This document shows, piece by piece, positions 16,701 to 27,216 of a stretch of 32,000 nucleotides of DNA (positions are counted from its first letter, which is position 1; every line of letters starts with the position of its first letter). The stretch is from Candidatus Odinarchaeota archaeon. Its GTDB lineage: Archaea; Asgardarchaeota; Odinarchaeia; Odinarchaeales; Odinarchaeaceae. The notes beneath the pieces were generated by a model that was not told where the DNA came from, made no database searches, and worked only from the letters and a program-made list of their open reading frames with translations. The position numbers and the translations under genes were made by a program. The stretch is taken from assembly GCA_038826135.1 (NCBI GenBank), contig JAWBON010000003.1:5690-37689 (forward strand), written 5' to 3'.

Positions 16701-17351
16701 ATGGTCTTAGAAATTATATTTAATTGCTTAACAGTTGCTGTGGAGTTCCTTCTTTCAGCAATATTGCTTTTTAAATGGATCAGGGTGAAGATAAAATTCT
16801 ATTCAGATCTGCCGTTTCTATTCGGCGTCTCGATATTGTTTATAGGTTTTTCAACGTTATTGAATTTAATATACTCAATAACTTTTTTCATCCAAGAAAT
16901 AACCATCTTTCAAGTCAGGGGTGTTTTAATTTGTATCACTGCGGTTACAATGTTTCTCGGCGTCCTTAAAATCTGGCTGCCAGAAAACTATAAACTACTA
17001 ATCGCTGGCAGTTTGATTTATACAATAAGTTTTCTAACAATTCTGTTTATTTCAGCGTCGCCAGCTCAAATCGTAACCTACACCAGTCCGTTTATTGCAA
17101 TTAATATACTGCTTGTAGTGACAACGTTTAGCGTGGTGTATGTTAAACACAGGCTTCCTCTAATTAATTCCCCATTGATTATTTCAGGGGCGCTTGTAAT
17201 TTTAATCAGTCAATTACTTAAAGCCTTTTCTTTCAATCTGGGTGTACTTTTAATTCCAGATTTGGTCTCAATTGTCGGTTGGTCGCTATTTACACTAGGC
17301 TTCCTCTTAAAGGCCCCGTATTTTAGAGCGCAGTCTCAAATCAGTTTATAA
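16701..17351 (+). CDS. Polytopic membrane protein (about 7 hydrophobic segments)
   Basis: 216 aa, almost entirely hydrophobic helices with short loops. Confidence 0.75.
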   Translation: MVLEIIFNCLTVAVEFLLSAILLFKWIRVKIKFYSDLPFLFGVSILFIGFSTLLNLIYSITFFIQEITIFQVRGVLICITAVTMFLGVLKIWLPENYKLLIAGSLIYTISFLTILFISASPAQIVTYTSPFIAINILLVVTTFSVVYVKHRLPLINSPLIISGALVILISQLLKAFSFNLGVLLIPDLVSIVGWSLFTLGFLLKAPYFRAQSQISL

Positions 17352-17595
17352 ATTATTAAAATTGTTTAAACCTGTCAACATCTATTTTTTATGTAATCTT
17401 TTGAATGCAGGTGTTTAAGCTTACCACTAATGATTAGCAACTTAAATAACAATTTTTACCCCCACAGACGGCTGGTAATTCATATTTTTTAGATTTTTTA
17501 GCTTACAAAACTCAATAAATCGACTTAAAAATGAAATAAGTTTTTAAAGGTTTAAGTCGCTTTATTATATAAGAAAAAATTAAGGTGTTAAATAT

Positions 17596-18804
17596 ATGAG
17601 ATCGCTTATTGAGGATGCGCTAGCACACGCCAGATACGAGGAGAAAATTATGCCGGTGAAAACTGAGGGTAACGCTCGTATTGTTGTGGTGGGTGCTGGG
17701 GGTGGTGGTAATAACACTGTAAACCGGCTTATGACGCTGGGTATTCAGGGTGCAGAATGTATTGCTGTTAATACTGACCGGCAACATTTAGATTTTGTAA
17801 AAGCTAATAAGAAAATTTTAATCGGTGAAATGATTACAAGAGGGCTTGGCGCTGGGGGGTACCCTGAAGTTGGTGCCGCTGCAGCTGATGAAAGCAGAGA
17901 CACGATAAAGGCGGCGCTTCAAGACTCGGATCTAGTATTTATCGCAGCTGGTATGGGGGGTGGGACAGGAACGGGAAGCGCGCCCATAATCGCCGAGATA
18001 GCTAAAGATTGCGGTGCGATAGTTGTAGGTGTTGTGACAATGCCGTTCCATGTTGAAAAGGCGCGAATCGAGAAAGCAAAGATCGGCTTAGAGAAACTTC
18101 AAAAACACGCTGACACGGTTGTGGTTATAGATAATAATCGCCTGCTAGAAATAGCGCCGAATTTACCAATAGATAAAGCGTTTTGCGTAGCAGACGAGGT
18201 TCTTGCAAATATGGTGAAGGGGATAACTGAAACCATAACCCTGCCAAGTCTAATAAATCTCGACTACGCAGATGTGAGAACTATTATGACTAATGGGGGG
18301 GTTGCACTGGTAGGTTTAGGTGAAGCCTTCTCCTCAGAGACGGGCTCTGAAAACACTCATTTTAATCTCAGCAGACCACCAGTCGTAAATAAATTAAAAC
18401 TGTCAGGTAAATCAAGGGCTGAGATTGCTGTTAAAAACGCTCTTAACACGCCGCTTCTAGAAATAGATTATGAGGGTGCTACAGGCGCTTTAATACATGT
18501 AGTCGGAGGGGAGGATTTAACTCTGGAAGAAGCAAACTATGTGGCCAAAATAGTAACTGATAAAATGGATCCAAACGCGATAGTTATCTGGGGGGCTAGA
18601 GTTGATCCTCAATTAAACGGTGCCCTAAGAGTTATGTTAATATTAACCGGTGTTAAAAGCCCTCAGCTACTAGGTAATTCAAGGAAAGATAGAACTATAC
18701 CCCCAAAAAATTATATTTCTAAACTCCCATCATATTCCTCCACAGGTTCAGAAAGCGCGATGACGGTTGACATATATGATTTAGGCTTAGACAGAATAGA
18801 CTAA
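17596..18804 (+). CDS. ftsZ: Cell division protein FtsZ (FtsZ2-type)
   Basis: [39 protein letters not shown] and a C-terminal LGLD motif typical of archaeal FtsZ2. Confidence 0.97.
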   Translation: MRSLIEDALAHARYEEKIMPVKTEGNARIVVVGAGGGGNNTVNRLMTLGIQGAECIAVNTDRQHLDFVKANKKILIGEMITRGLGAGGYPEVGAAAADESRDTIKAALQDSDLVFIAAGMGGGTGTGSAPIIAEIAKDCGAIVVGVVTMPFHVEKARIEKAKIGLEKLQKHADTVVVIDNNRLLEIAPNLPIDKAFCVADEVLANMVKGITETITLPSLINLDYADVRTIMTNGGVALVGLGEAFSSETGSENTHFNLSRPPVVNKLKLSGKSRAEIAVKNALNTPLLEIDYEGATGALIHVVGGEDLTLEEANYVAKIVTDKMDPNAIVIWGARVDPQLNGALRVMLILTGVKSPQLLGNSRKDRTIPPKNYISKLPSYSSTGSESAMTVDIYDLGLDRID

Positions 18805-19437
18805 TCATCTAATCTTTGATCTTACTTTCCTTAAAAACCGCCAGTGAATCGGTGATGGCCTTCCAAAGTAAGGATTTTTATTTTTAACAATCGAAGATAG
18901 GATGTCATCTAAACCACCCTGCTCAACCAGCGTGTATGCTGACCCGAGTTCAGCGGCTATATGCGCATCGCTTCCAGCTGTGGTTCCACACCTTGTTTTC
19001 GAAGCGTATCTGCTAGCGATTAAATTTCCAAACGGTGTCATCATACCTGAATTATAAACTTCGATTAAATCTGAACGTACCATTTTTATCTTTAAACCTA
19101 AACCCCCCCTAAGATAATCGAATGGGTGTGGTATAAGAGCTAAGCCGCCTTGATCCCTGATCATGTCAATTGTCTCCTCAGGTGTTTTTATAGGATTAAA
19201 CTCCCCCGTCACTCCTAAAGCTATTATATGCCCACCCGTAGTTTTAATCTCAACTCCTGGTATTAATATTAGATTCGTCTTGTTTTTTTTGATTTTATAA
19301 TAGCCTCTACACGTATCGTGATCCGTTACCGCAACCCCGTCCAATTTTTTTCTAACAGCGGTTTTTAAAATTTCTTTAGGACTGCTAATACCGCATTTAG
19401 AATAATAAGTGTGAACGTGAAAATCGATTTTCAACAT
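18805..19437 (-). CDS. PHP-domain metal-dependent phosphoesterase
   Basis: DFHVHT, VTDHD, GVEI, GHII, PHPF and GSDAH motifs. Confidence 0.92.
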   Translation of the reverse strand: MLKIDFHVHTYYSKCGISSPKEILKTAVRKKLDGVAVTDHDTCRGYYKIKKNKTNLILIPGVEIKTTGGHIIALGVTGEFNPIKTPEETIDMIRDQGGLALIPHPFDYLRGGLGLKIKMVRSDLIEVYNSGMMTPFGNLIASRYASKTRCGTTAGSDAHIAAELGSAYTLVEQGGLDDILSSIVKNKNPYFGRPSPIHWRFLRKVRSKIR

Positions 19438-19438
19438 A

Positions 19439-21061
19439 TTATATTTCCCCTATTATCGCCGCTTTTATTTTAGGCAAATCTTCTTGACTGATATGAGTTG
19501 GCTGTTTGATTAAAAAAATCTTCACGTCCATAACATTATTCGTTTTTTTCAAGTTTGAAACACACTCTATTAACGCATCCCCGTATTGGGTAGGATCATT
19601 TAATAAAATTATTTTTTTGAAACCGTATTTAACTATAAATTGATTCAAAGCATCTTTAATCATTTTTAACTGTGTTTCAGAAACAGTATAAGGGGTTAAA
19701 TACTGTGAAAACGGATAGAATTCTTCAATTTCAGCCGGTATTAAACCGAACATTTTTGATAATATTACTATCTCGCTCTTTTTTAAAACATTATCACTCT
19801 CTAATATAATTTTTAACAGTTGATTATATAGCTTTGACTTGTTGAACGGCTTATTTCTAGGTTCAGGAACTAGTATAAGAGTGTCCGGTCTCCAAGGCAG
19901 CTTAACTTCAAATATTTTAGTCAGATGACGTTTTATTTCAGGTCTGTTAACAGTCTCATCGCTCAGCCATAGAAGTGCTCGTTTTTTACTTGTAGGCGTC
20001 CCCTTCTCTAAATCATCCTGATATTTCTTTAAAAATTTGAAAGCCTCATATATTGAGGGGTGGCTTCTAGAATTCCTCTCTAAATACTCCCAGAGCCGTC
20101 CCTCCCTTATCGCATATTTAATATTATTAATTTCGTTGAGAATAACATATAAGTTATGTTCAGCCACGAGTTTAACTCTTAAAGATTTATCAGACTGTAA
20201 AAGTTCACTCGGAGTGAACGTGGCACAAACCGGGCAGGTACATATCCGCTCCCTTAATTCACTTAACCGCTTAGTGCCGTGAGGTGTGATATATCGATCA
20301 CCCTCAGCGTAAAGCGCGTATGATGCTGAATCGAAAACATCACAACCTAATGCAACAGCTAGTGCGAAAACCATAGGATGCCCCGCGCCGAAAAGATGAA
20401 CGGGTTTATTTAGGGGGAGATATCTCTTAGCAGCAGATATCATTTCAATAATTTTTGAATAATTATACTGTTCTAGGAACTGGGTTGGGCTTCCGATAGC
20501 ATATATGTCGAATGGATATTCCCTCATCCCCTTCGCGCTCTCTTCAACTAAATCTATAAACTCTCCTCCCTGTATCGGCCCCACCCAGAGAATATTCTCT
20601 TTAGTTTTAATTTCAAAACACTGTTTTGCACGCTTCAAAGTCTCATCGACAGTTTTACGAGCAGTCTTATAATTCACACCACTACCTGTAGGGACATCTA
20701 GAAAAACACATATATCTGAATCAATAAGTTCTTGGAATTTCACAATCTCCTCCGGGGATATGTCCACTTCACCGTAAACTAGTAATTGGTAGGCCCCAGA
20801 ATCTGTCATAATGGGGCCTTTAAAATCAAGGAATCTGTGAACACCCTGCGAAACCACTTCGTCATAACAATTCTTCTTTAAAATATACGCGTTCGTGATT
20901 ATCGAATCAATTTTAAAATCCCGCATCATTTTATTAGGAGGTATTGTTAATTTAAGCGGGTTTATTACAGGTAAAAGTGCAGGGGTTTCTATATAACCTG
21001 ACCTAGTTTTAATTTTACCTATCCGCCCCATAAGATCTCTCTCAATAATTTCAAAAACCAA
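19439..21061 (-). CDS. tgtA: Archaeosine tRNA-guanine transglycosylase (arcTGT)
   Basis: ETPALLPV, MTDSGAYQ, FLDVP, HLFGAGHP, FDSASY, and Zn ligands CTCPVC...H. Confidence 0.95.
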   Translation of the reverse strand: MVFEIIERDLMGRIGKIKTRSGYIETPALLPVINPLKLTIPPNKMMRDFKIDSIITNAYILKKNCYDEVVSQGVHRFLDFKGPIMTDSGAYQLLVYGEVDISPEEIVKFQELIDSDICVFLDVPTGSGVNYKTARKTVDETLKRAKQCFEIKTKENILWVGPIQGGEFIDLVEESAKGMREYPFDIYAIGSPTQFLEQYNYSKIIEMISAAKRYLPLNKPVHLFGAGHPMVFALAVALGCDVFDSASYALYAEGDRYITPHGTKRLSELRERICTCPVCATFTPSELLQSDKSLRVKLVAEHNLYVILNEINNIKYAIREGRLWEYLERNSRSHPSIYEAFKFLKKYQDDLEKGTPTSKKRALLWLSDETVNRPEIKRHLTKIFEVKLPWRPDTLILVPEPRNKPFNKSKLYNQLLKIILESDNVLKKSEIVILSKMFGLIPAEIEEFYPFSQYLTPYTVSETQLKMIKDALNQFIVKYGFKKIILLNDPTQYGDALIECVSNLKKTNNVMDVKIFLIKQPTHISQEDLPKIKAAIIGEI

Positions 21062-21136
21062 TTTTCAACCTCCTAATGCGGGGTTACCAATACTATTTTA
21101 TTAGAAAAACAGTGAATAAAAAAGTAGATGTGTGAT

Positions 21137-21568
21137 TTACTGTTTTTGCCTTTCACTGTAATAAGCGTCAAATACTTTTTTAACACGTTCAGCTAGTGGC
21201 CCAACACCCTCAACACCGCCCTCAGTCACTTTTATCTTGTTGAGCACAGTTATGAGGCGGGCATCCTCTATGTATTTAACCTCGCCGGGTGGGAAAAGCT
21301 TCTGTAACTCGTTAGCTAACCCTGCAAGGTCGAATGGTTCCTCGCTTTTGATAAGTTCTGTGATCTTATTCCCATATAAGAAAACTTTATGGTATTGAAC
21401 ACCGCTCTCGTCTTTAACGTTAGTTAAGCAAATACTAAGAGTATTCGGATCATATCCTTTAAAAATCCCTGTATATGTCTTATTAGACTCGGTTTTAACC
21501 GATACAGGCGACTCTAGAATGGCTGTTAACTCCCTAAAAAATTTTCTACCCGCAGTGCTTTCAGACAT
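21137..21568 (-). CDS. Sm-like protein with C-terminal domain (SmAP3 type)
   Basis: Sm fold (YTGIFKGYD..ICLTN..FLYGN) followed by FDLAGLANELQKLFPPGEVKY. AGGAG precedes the ATG at 21568. Confidence 0.88.
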   Translation of the reverse strand: MSESTAGRKFFRELTAILESPVSVKTESNKTYTGIFKGYDPNTLSICLTNVKDESGVQYHKVFLYGNKITELIKSEEPFDLAGLANELQKLFPPGEVKYIEDARLITVLNKIKVTEGGVEGVGPLAERVKKVFDAYYSERQKQ

Positions 21569-22318
21569 GTCTACTTCTCTCCTATTCACTTATTTTAAAA
21601 TATATGGTTTATTATCTCAAGCTAAAACAATATATTAACGCTTTTTAAAGATAAATACTCATTGTATTAAAACTTTATTTATTTGAAGGCTGATTAATTT
21701 CTCAAAATCGACTATCTTAAAACTCTAAGATGTTAAAATCTCTAATTATTCAACACTCTCGCATATGTTCAGCGAATTTTGTAAGCAGCTAAAGCGCACA
21801 TATATAAATATTCTATAAATCTAAAAATTAAAACTGAAAATAGAATTCAGTGTGTGAGGCGTCCACTAAAGGTCGGTTTTATACCAGTTATAAAAAACAC
21901 AGCCACCACAGATACTAAAAGAACATTTAGGTTAGGGAAGAGAGCGCAGATAAATATAAAACGTTTATATGTGAATGCCTGCTGAACTAAATATTTTTAA
22001 TAAAGATGAACGTGTTAAAGTTGCACTGTCTGGAAGAGTCTATAACGTGGAAAAAAATCGAGAATACGCTGATCATTCAAGAATCATTCTGGGGGCTTCT
22101 AGCCACCCTCACTCTAACCGGGAACCGCATAGACGCCCCGTTTTTTTAAAAAAACATCTATCTATCGATTAAAAAACCTAATATTTTCACTTATCTCTCT
22201 AACCCTATTTTAATTCCCGTGAAATTCATCTATCCCTCTTTTAATAATACTGCTCGTTCGAATCATAGTTACAACAAGTTCGTATAAATGTTAAAAGACG
22301 CCCCCACTCTTTTTTTAC

Positions 22319-23299
22319 TTGGTGTTAAATATGGTGGAAAGCATTTGCCCTGAATGTGGAGGCCATATTGTTATAACCACCGGCGAGTATGTTTGCTCTA
22401 TTTGCGGGCTAGTGTTAGATAAACTATTCCAGCAGCCTTTAGAAGCTCTAGATAATACTAACCCTAAGTCAAGCGGCGCCCTCGGAGAGAGGCTTCACAT
22501 AGTGGATGGGCTTGGCAGTTATATAGACTACCATAACTCGCATAGATTATCAGATTTAAAATTATTGAGAGTCTCTGAAAGAAGGAGAAATCTACTTCAA
22601 AGATTAAAAAACACACATAACTTTTACGCGAGATATACTAACCATCAAACAGAGTACCGTATACTTAGAATACTCAACCAGATAACAGCTATCCTCAGTC
22701 TACCTGCGTATGTAAGGGATAACGCTGCATACATTTACAGGAAGATAAAAAACAAATACCAAGCTAAAATTGTAAACCATATATCTCTAATCGCGGTGTG
22801 TATTCTATTATCGATTAGAGAGCAGGGTTATGTTACCCCGTTAACTTTAACAGAGCTATGCACCGCATTTCAAAAACTAGGTCACAGAGTAAACGAGCGT
22901 CTAATAACTAGAACCGCCCTTAAACTTAGAATTAACTTAGGCTATAAAGTGAAAGTGAGGAAAAGTGAAGATTATTTGACGCGGCTTATATCATTAATCT
23001 CTAACAATGAAAAAATAAAGAGTAAAATCTTAGAGCAAAAAGAGGATATTTACTGGCATAGACTCAACTTGAAGGCGATAGATCTCTTAAATAAGATCCC
23101 TAAAATCGAGCGGGGGGGAAGACACCCATACGTCTTCGCAGCGTCGATTATTTACGCTGCTGAAAGATCTCTCGCCTATGAGGAAAACAGGCAACCACTT
23201 CTAACTCAAAAAGAAGTCGCGAACATATTAGGGGTGGCGGAATACAGCATTCGTGATCACTATCGATATATAAACAACTATGCTGCTAATTTAAGCTGA
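22319..23299 (+). CDS. tfb: Divergent TFB/TFIIB paralog (likely start 22331)
   Basis: Zn ribbon CPECGG..GEYVCSICGLV, two cyclin-like repeats, C-terminal TQKEVANILGVAEYSIR. Confidence 0.82.
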   Translation: MVLNMVESICPECGGHIVITTGEYVCSICGLVLDKLFQQPLEALDNTNPKSSGALGERLHIVDGLGSYIDYHNSHRLSDLKLLRVSERRRNLLQRLKNTHNFYARYTNHQTEYRILRILNQITAILSLPAYVRDNAAYIYRKIKNKYQAKIVNHISLIAVCILLSIREQGYVTPLTLTELCTAFQKLGHRVNERLITRTALKLRINLGYKVKVRKSEDYLTRLISLISNNEKIKSKILEQKEDIYWHRLNLKAIDLLNKIPKIERGGRHPYVFAASIIYAAERSLAYEENRQPLLTQKEVANILGVAEYSIRDHYRYINNYAANLS

Positions 23300-23525
23300 T
23301 GGATATGACTAGTTGTGAAATAAATAAAACGATAATTATTGACGCCACTATGTAAGTAATACTTTCTAAAATTCCGCTTCCCCTTACTAAAATTAAAGCA
23401 GTAGGGATACTTAACGCGTAGACGCCGGCTAAAAAAATATGGCTTACAATCTCATTACTAATAGATAACACTAAAATTCCCGTAAACCAAATTAGGTAAA
23501 TAACAACTATTAGTAAAATAAGCAA
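23286..23525 (-). CDS. Small membrane protein
   Basis: 79 aa with three hydrophobic segments; directly follows the 131-aa gene. Confidence 0.5.
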   Translation of the reverse strand: MLILLIVVIYLIWFTGILVLSISNEIVSHIFLAGVYALSIPTALILVRGSGILESITYIVASIIIVLFISQLVISISLN

Positions 23526-23529
23526 TCAA

Positions 23530-23925
23530 CTACACCTCTAAAAATCTTATTACCAATATGCCATCATCACAGGATACGCTAAGTAAAAACTCTCCCGAAC
23601 CATTCGGCGGCGTAAGATTAACAATTAAAGGATAGGTTTGCTTTAAAATATAGTTATCCCCATCCCCATACTGGCAATAAACAGTTTTATCCAGACTCCA
23701 GACACTTATATTTGGCGGTATGTTGACGCGGTCCAAGTAAACCCCGCCGCGCTCTAGTACTTCTTTAGCAGCGTAATCTATTTGACTCATCAACACAGAA
23801 GCGTTCTGGTAGTTCTCAGCTTGACCGATAGTATTTAATACTAAATTAATAAGAGGCACCCCTATCGCAATACATATTGAAAGAGAAAGTGTTAGGCCGA
23901 CCGCCCTCTCAAGCGTTACATGCAT
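23530..23925 (-). CDS. Pilin-like / minor pilin protein
   Basis: N-terminal TLE followed by a long hydrophobic helix and a soluble domain; GGTGG RBS; divergent from the pilus operon. Confidence 0.55.
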   Translation of the reverse strand: MHVTLERAVGLTLSLSICIAIGVPLINLVLNTIGQAENYQNASVLMSQIDYAAKEVLERGGVYLDRVNIPPNISVWSLDKTVYCQYGDGDNYILKQTYPLIVNLTPPNGSGEFLLSVSCDDGILVIRFLEV

Positions 23926-23992
23926 AACTTAGCCCACCATTTATTCAGAGCGGTGTATTTAAACACTGCTAAACATAAATTACCGGATAAGT

Positions 23993-24658
23993 ATGAAGAT
24001 AGTTATTTTTCTCTCAGCTCAGGGAGGTGTAGGGCGTTCACAAATAATAAGCAGCCTAGCATATTTATTATCAAATTTAGGTCGAAAAGTAGGCGTGATC
24101 GATTTATGCGGGAACAGTATTGAAGAACTGCTGAAAACAATTAACTCAATCACACCAGTTTTAGTAGCCGGCATAAACAATTACAAACCTCAATCTCTTA
24201 TAGAAAAATGGGAGAAGGAAGGGGTTGATTTCACATTAGTCAACCACCTCTCCGACTATTCTGAGATAAAAACAGAAAGTATTCTAATAGTGACAACACC
24301 TCTAAGATTAAGTTTACTAAGAAACAGAAGATTAGCCTATAATATTAGAAATAAAAACCCTCAGGCTAAGATTAGCGTAGTTTTAAACAAAGTCGGTGAA
24401 TGTGAAAACTACGAGTACAAGAACATCATAGTTGAAAAAATTCTCGGCGCACCTGTCATTCAACAAATCCCATATGACCTAGATTTTATCAGATGTGAAC
24501 AATTGGGCACTCCACTACCAAAACTTGCAGGTAAAACACCGACCGTGATATCATTATTAGAATTACTTAGCCTTGTCTGTGAAATCCAAATACCTGTTAA
24601 CATACTCAAATCTGAAAAACACTCCCGGTTAAAATTAAATAAGAGGTGTGAAAGATGA
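23993..24658 (+). CDS. MinD/ParA-like (TadZ/CpaE-like) P-loop protein with degenerate Walker A
   Basis: SAQGGVGRS instead of xKGGVGK[T/S]; KVGVIDL, VVLNKV and IPYD match the MinD fold. Confidence 0.75.
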   Translation: MKIVIFLSAQGGVGRSQIISSLAYLLSNLGRKVGVIDLCGNSIEELLKTINSITPVLVAGINNYKPQSLIEKWEKEGVDFTLVNHLSDYSEIKTESILIVTTPLRLSLLRNRRLAYNIRNKNPQAKISVVLNKVGECENYEYKNIIVEKILGAPVIQQIPYDLDFIRCEQLGTPLPKLAGKTPTVISLLELLSLVCEIQIPVNILKSEKHSRLKLNKRCER

Positions 24659-24996
24659 CTGTTAAAAAAAGTATAGAAGATTTAGTAATCATCTTTAAAG
24701 AAAGCGGGCTTGAAGAGAAAACTATTATGGTAATTCTACGTAAACTCGGGTTGCCTGAAACCCAGGTTCGAAACACACTATTAAAACTATCCCTTCTTGA
24801 CAGACTAAACAGTGAAACATGTAATTCTACGCCTTTAACTAGTGGAGTGGATGATGTGAAAAACTGTGAACCCCCTACTGTACGCATAGACGAGTTTAAT
24901 AATATTCTAAAAAAGAATAACCTCCTGCTCGAACAATTACTTGAAATAATATCTGAGAAACCGAGCACCCCTGAACGTGAAAACACCAGTAGCTGA
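24655..24996 (+). CDS. Hypothetical protein with a short C-terminal coiled coil
   Basis: 113 aa; 4-nt ATGA overlap with the MinD-like gene; FNNILKKNNLLLEQLLEII heptads. Confidence 0.6.
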   Translation: MTVKKSIEDLVIIFKESGLEEKTIMVILRKLGLPETQVRNTLLKLSLLDRLNSETCNSTPLTSGVDDVKNCEPPTVRIDEFNNILKKNNLLLEQLLEIISEKPSTPERENTSS

Positions 24997-25153
24997 TTTT
25001 TTATATATTTATTCTAATTAATTTACGGGTTTAGTTACGCGTTTAAACACGTTTCCAATATCCAAAATTAACCAGGAGAAAACAGAAATCCACGACCTTG
25101 TAATCAGAGAGTTCTCCAATCTCAAACTAGGCGAAGCCTGTATTGGAAAAATT

Positions 25154-27214
25154 TTGCAGAGAATTTTTAGTATAACCGCAAGCGCTGAAATATCCTGGCT
25201 TAGAATTCAAGTTAAACTAGCTGATGCGACTATTCTCATACCTGAAGAATTCCAGAAAACCATCATAGACTTATATAAAAAAATCTCCAACAGTTATACA
25301 GCTCTAACATCAATGGATATATTCAAAAATATGTGCGGGGCAGGCTACTCCTGTCCGAATATTAAGCATCTGTTAAAAAACGAATTAATAAACAACTCGA
25401 TCACAAAAGATCCTTTAAAATATTATTTAGAACTGGTAATCGATTTAGAAGCTTTAAAATCTGTGAAAAAAGAAAAATGCAATAAGTGTTTAAAGAAGGT
25501 TTTAAAAAATCTTAATAAAATTAAAGAAAAACTTGAACAGACAAACCTGATCAGAGATTATTTGAAACTGCCCTCCGATATAAAAATTAAACCATTAGAA
25601 TTAATATACGAGCGATTAATAGTATTCGAAATCATACCGGATAAAGAACCATCTGACAACTTGACACCCACGTCCACCCGCCCCCTCTTAGACTCTTATA
25701 TTATAGGACCATATCAGATAAGCATATACCCCCCCAGCGAGGTGTCAAACGAGTATTTATACCAGGCTACACCGCTTTTACCAGAATGCGATTTCAATTT
25801 AACCGTAAAACAGTTTCAAAAATATATAGATAACCTAAACTATTTCTCTAAAAACGTTGATGAATATTACCCCCCTGAACAATTAATCGAGATAAGGAAA
25901 AAACAGGCTGAATCATTTGTTAAAACAAATCTGTCAAACAGTTCTCCTAAAACTGATAAAATTCTGATAGAATATTTAAGCTATCAGACAACCGCGCTGA
26001 AACCTTTAATACCTTACTTAATCGATGATCAAATCGAAGAAATATTTATCGACAACCCTTATTCTAGAATATATCTTGACCACCGTCGACTCGGTAGATG
26101 CATAACATCTCAATTACTAGATAAAAGCGGCTTCGATAAACTTGTTACATATTTAAGAGCTACTACAGGTCTCAGATTAGATGCGAAAAACCCTTCACTG
26201 AAGACAGAGCTTTTAACCAGCGCGTTTCATATAAGAATCTCCGTTGACATAAGTCCCCTAGCAGCCGACTGCTTCCATGTGGATATTAGAAAACTTAGAA
26301 GAAAATATTTTTCAATAACCGAGCTTATTGCGAATAACACATTAACAGCCGAAGCCGCAGCGTACTTGTATTTTTGCATGACCCGTAAAAAAAGTATTTT
26401 AGTATTAGGCAGGCCAGGAGATGGGAAAACCACCATTATTAATGCTTTAGACGGTTTAACCCCCCCATTCTGGCGTAAGATAACCGTTGAAGATGTTGTT
26501 GAGAGCGTATCACAAACAGGTGTAAGACATCAAACCAGGTTTCAAGTGGATCCGTTGGAGAGCGGAAATATAAGAGGGAGTAAAGCTAAGGAAATAGTTA
26601 AACTCCTCCACCGCTCCCCAGACTACCTGCTTATCTCAGAGATACAAACAGCGGAAGATAGTAAAGCTCTATTTCACGCTCTATCCGCAGGATTAAGCGG
26701 CTTATTCACATGCCATGGAAATAGTATAGAAGACCTCCTACTCAGATGGAGTGTCCACCATAAAATCCCACCTATCTCATTTCAAGAATTAGATCTGCTA
26801 ATACATGTTAAAAAATTCGACTTATACGAAACCCCCACTAGAAAAATTGTGAGAATAGCCGAGATAAATAATATACCTGAAAAATTATTTTCAAACTTAA
26901 CACCCGAAATCCAAAACATATTTACATGGGATATTCACGAAGGTAAACTTGTTTTAAAAACTGATTTATACGAGACTCCAACGCTTCAAAAAATCAAACA
27001 TTACGAGAATTTAAGTAAAGAGCAATTTTACAATGAGATAAACACCTACAGGATAATATTTGAATTACTAGCTCGGAAACAACTCTACTCCATTGAAGAG
27101 AACACTTTATTCTTCAGTAAATTATACTCGCTCATACATAAAATGAAACAGATTGAAAAAACCATCGACTGGGATGAAGTATTATTATGGGTTCAACGGG
27201 AAATAGGAGGTTAA
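25154..27214 (+). CDS. VirB11/CpaF(TadA)-family pilus assembly ATPase
   Basis: GRPGDGKTT Walker A, ITVED Asp box, HRSPDYLLISEIQ Walker B, TCHGNS His box; long N-terminal region. The frame is open from 25022. Confidence 0.9.
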   Translation: MQRIFSITASAEISWLRIQVKLADATILIPEEFQKTIIDLYKKISNSYTALTSMDIFKNMCGAGYSCPNIKHLLKNELINNSITKDPLKYYLELVIDLEALKSVKKEKCNKCLKKVLKNLNKIKEKLEQTNLIRDYLKLPSDIKIKPLELIYERLIVFEIIPDKEPSDNLTPTSTRPLLDSYIIGPYQISIYPPSEVSNEYLYQATPLLPECDFNLTVKQFQKYIDNLNYFSKNVDEYYPPEQLIEIRKKQAESFVKTNLSNSSPKTDKILIEYLSYQTTALKPLIPYLIDDQIEEIFIDNPYSRIYLDHRRLGRCITSQLLDKSGFDKLVTYLRATTGLRLDAKNPSLKTELLTSAFHIRISVDISPLAADCFHVDIRKLRRKYFSITELIANNTLTAEAAAYLYFCMTRKKSILVLGRPGDGKTTIINALDGLTPPFWRKITVEDVVESVSQTGVRHQTRFQVDPLESGNIRGSKAKEIVKLLHRSPDYLLISEIQTAEDSKALFHALSAGLSGLFTCHGNSIEDLLLRWSVHHKIPPISFQELDLLIHVKKFDLYETPTRKIVRIAEINNIPEKLFSNLTPEIQNIFTWDIHEGKLVLKTDLYETPTLQKIKHYENLSKEQFYNEINTYRIIFELLARKQLYSIEENTLFFSKLYSLIHKMKQIEKTIDWDEVLLWVQREIGG

Positions 27215-27216
27215 CA

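Noticed and set aside
18328-18430. FtsZ insertion as an in-frame intron (hairpins TCAGAG/CTCTGA and AATCTCAGC/GCTGAGATT)
   Set aside because: No 3-4-3 BHB geometry could be built and there is no stop codon, so it is treated as a protein insertion.
21975-22172. 65-aa ORF or C/D-box sRNA
   Set aside because: No motif or RBS; the box C candidate (AAGATGA) is degenerate and there is no convincing D'/C' pair.
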